NCBI GenBank assembly: GCA_030390025.1
Contig: CM059431.1
Location: forward strand, 129,458,001 to 129,522,000
Direction of reading: 5' to 3'
Length of the DNA stretch: 64,000 bases
Origin: Squalus acanthias
Taxonomy: Eukaryota
The notes under the pieces were generated by a model. The model did no database searches and was not told where the DNA came from. It saw only the letters and a list, made by a program, of their open reading frames with translations. Position numbers and translations under genes: made by a program. Below, in pieces: positions 63,324 to 64,000 of this stretch; the stretch's first letter is position 1, and each line of letters starts with the position of its first letter.

Positions 63324-64000
63324 GGGCTCGATTTTGCCAGTGTGGGCAGGCTGGGGCGTGTCAGGTGGCATTTGTGTCAGGACCCCGACTCTGAAGTGAA
63401 GTGGGGAAAAAGTGCGATTTTCCCCTAATTGGGCAATTGATTTCCAGCATGTGGGAACCCCTGGCCCAATGAGTCTTTTCATACTGAAAGTCGCCTCCGA
63501 TGACGTCATCAATACTGCTGGATTTAAGGCCTGCAAGCAGCCTTGCTTCTTCTGGAGACTGCAAACTTTATGGTGATTGTAGTAAGGAATTCATTGATCG
63601 ACTATGTCCACCAGCAGGCAAAAGTGTGCTCCACGCTTCGATGAGCCCTCCCTCCAAGCTCTGGTGGAGGGAGCAAGATCGAATAAGGAGGTGCTCGTCC
63701 CTTCCTCAGGGAGAAAAAAGCCACCCCAGCCCTTAACAACCACTTAATTGCCTCTATAATCCAATTTTGAGAGGCCTTTCTGATTTTTAGACATTTCCCC
63801 CATCCTACAGGAGCAGCAGACTGTTGCTGAGCCCTCACAGGTTCGCAACCTCAGAGGATGCCCGCCAAAGGCGTCGAGACAGGAGCAGCAAGAAAGTGAG
63901 CAAGGGGCCTCCACATCTGCTGAAGCCACAGAGGAAGCATTACATAGGAGCACGCATAAGAGGAAGATAATGCACAAGTAGCCACAAGGGTAGTCACTTG
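63324..64000 (+). mobile_element. Harbinger family E, truncated by the window end, with Myb N-terminus
   Basis: Starts GGGCTCGATTTT. From 63604 it reads MSTSRQKCAPRFDEPSLQALVEGARSNKEVL. Confidence 0.75.

Noticed and set aside
1..64000. CRISPR arrays, prokaryotic operons or retron-like RT systems
   Set aside because: There is no regularly spaced repeat-spacer array. All RT sequences are CR1/L2 non-LTR type in a eukaryotic repeat context.

Overview
This is repeat-dense vertebrate genomic DNA, most likely from a cartilaginous fish. That origin is inferred from an HE1-type V-SINE and several DeuSINE/SacSINE-type copies. I found no convincing host protein-coding exon, rRNA, tRNA gene or CRISPR array, so the window looks intronic or intergenic. 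It is dominated by (i) many CR1-clade LINE copies, one nearly full-length in ORF2 (2561-5752), and (ii) a dense, multi-family set of PIF/Harbinger DNA transposons. The Harbinger set includes one structurally complete two-gene element (43958-48025) with a DDE transposase and a convergent 3-exon Myb/SANT gene, a second partial copy with complementary lesions, three deletion derivatives sharing one breakpoint, and several other Myb-bearing families and MITEs with 3-bp all-A/T target duplications. Also present are L2 remnants, SINEs, Penelope (GIY-YIG) remnants, a solo LTR, and old Gypsy and hAT-like fossils. A four-level nested insertion stack spans 42105-50790. All TE ORFs are disrupted. Family names come from motif recognition by eye, with no database search. 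Boundaries of old elements are approximate.
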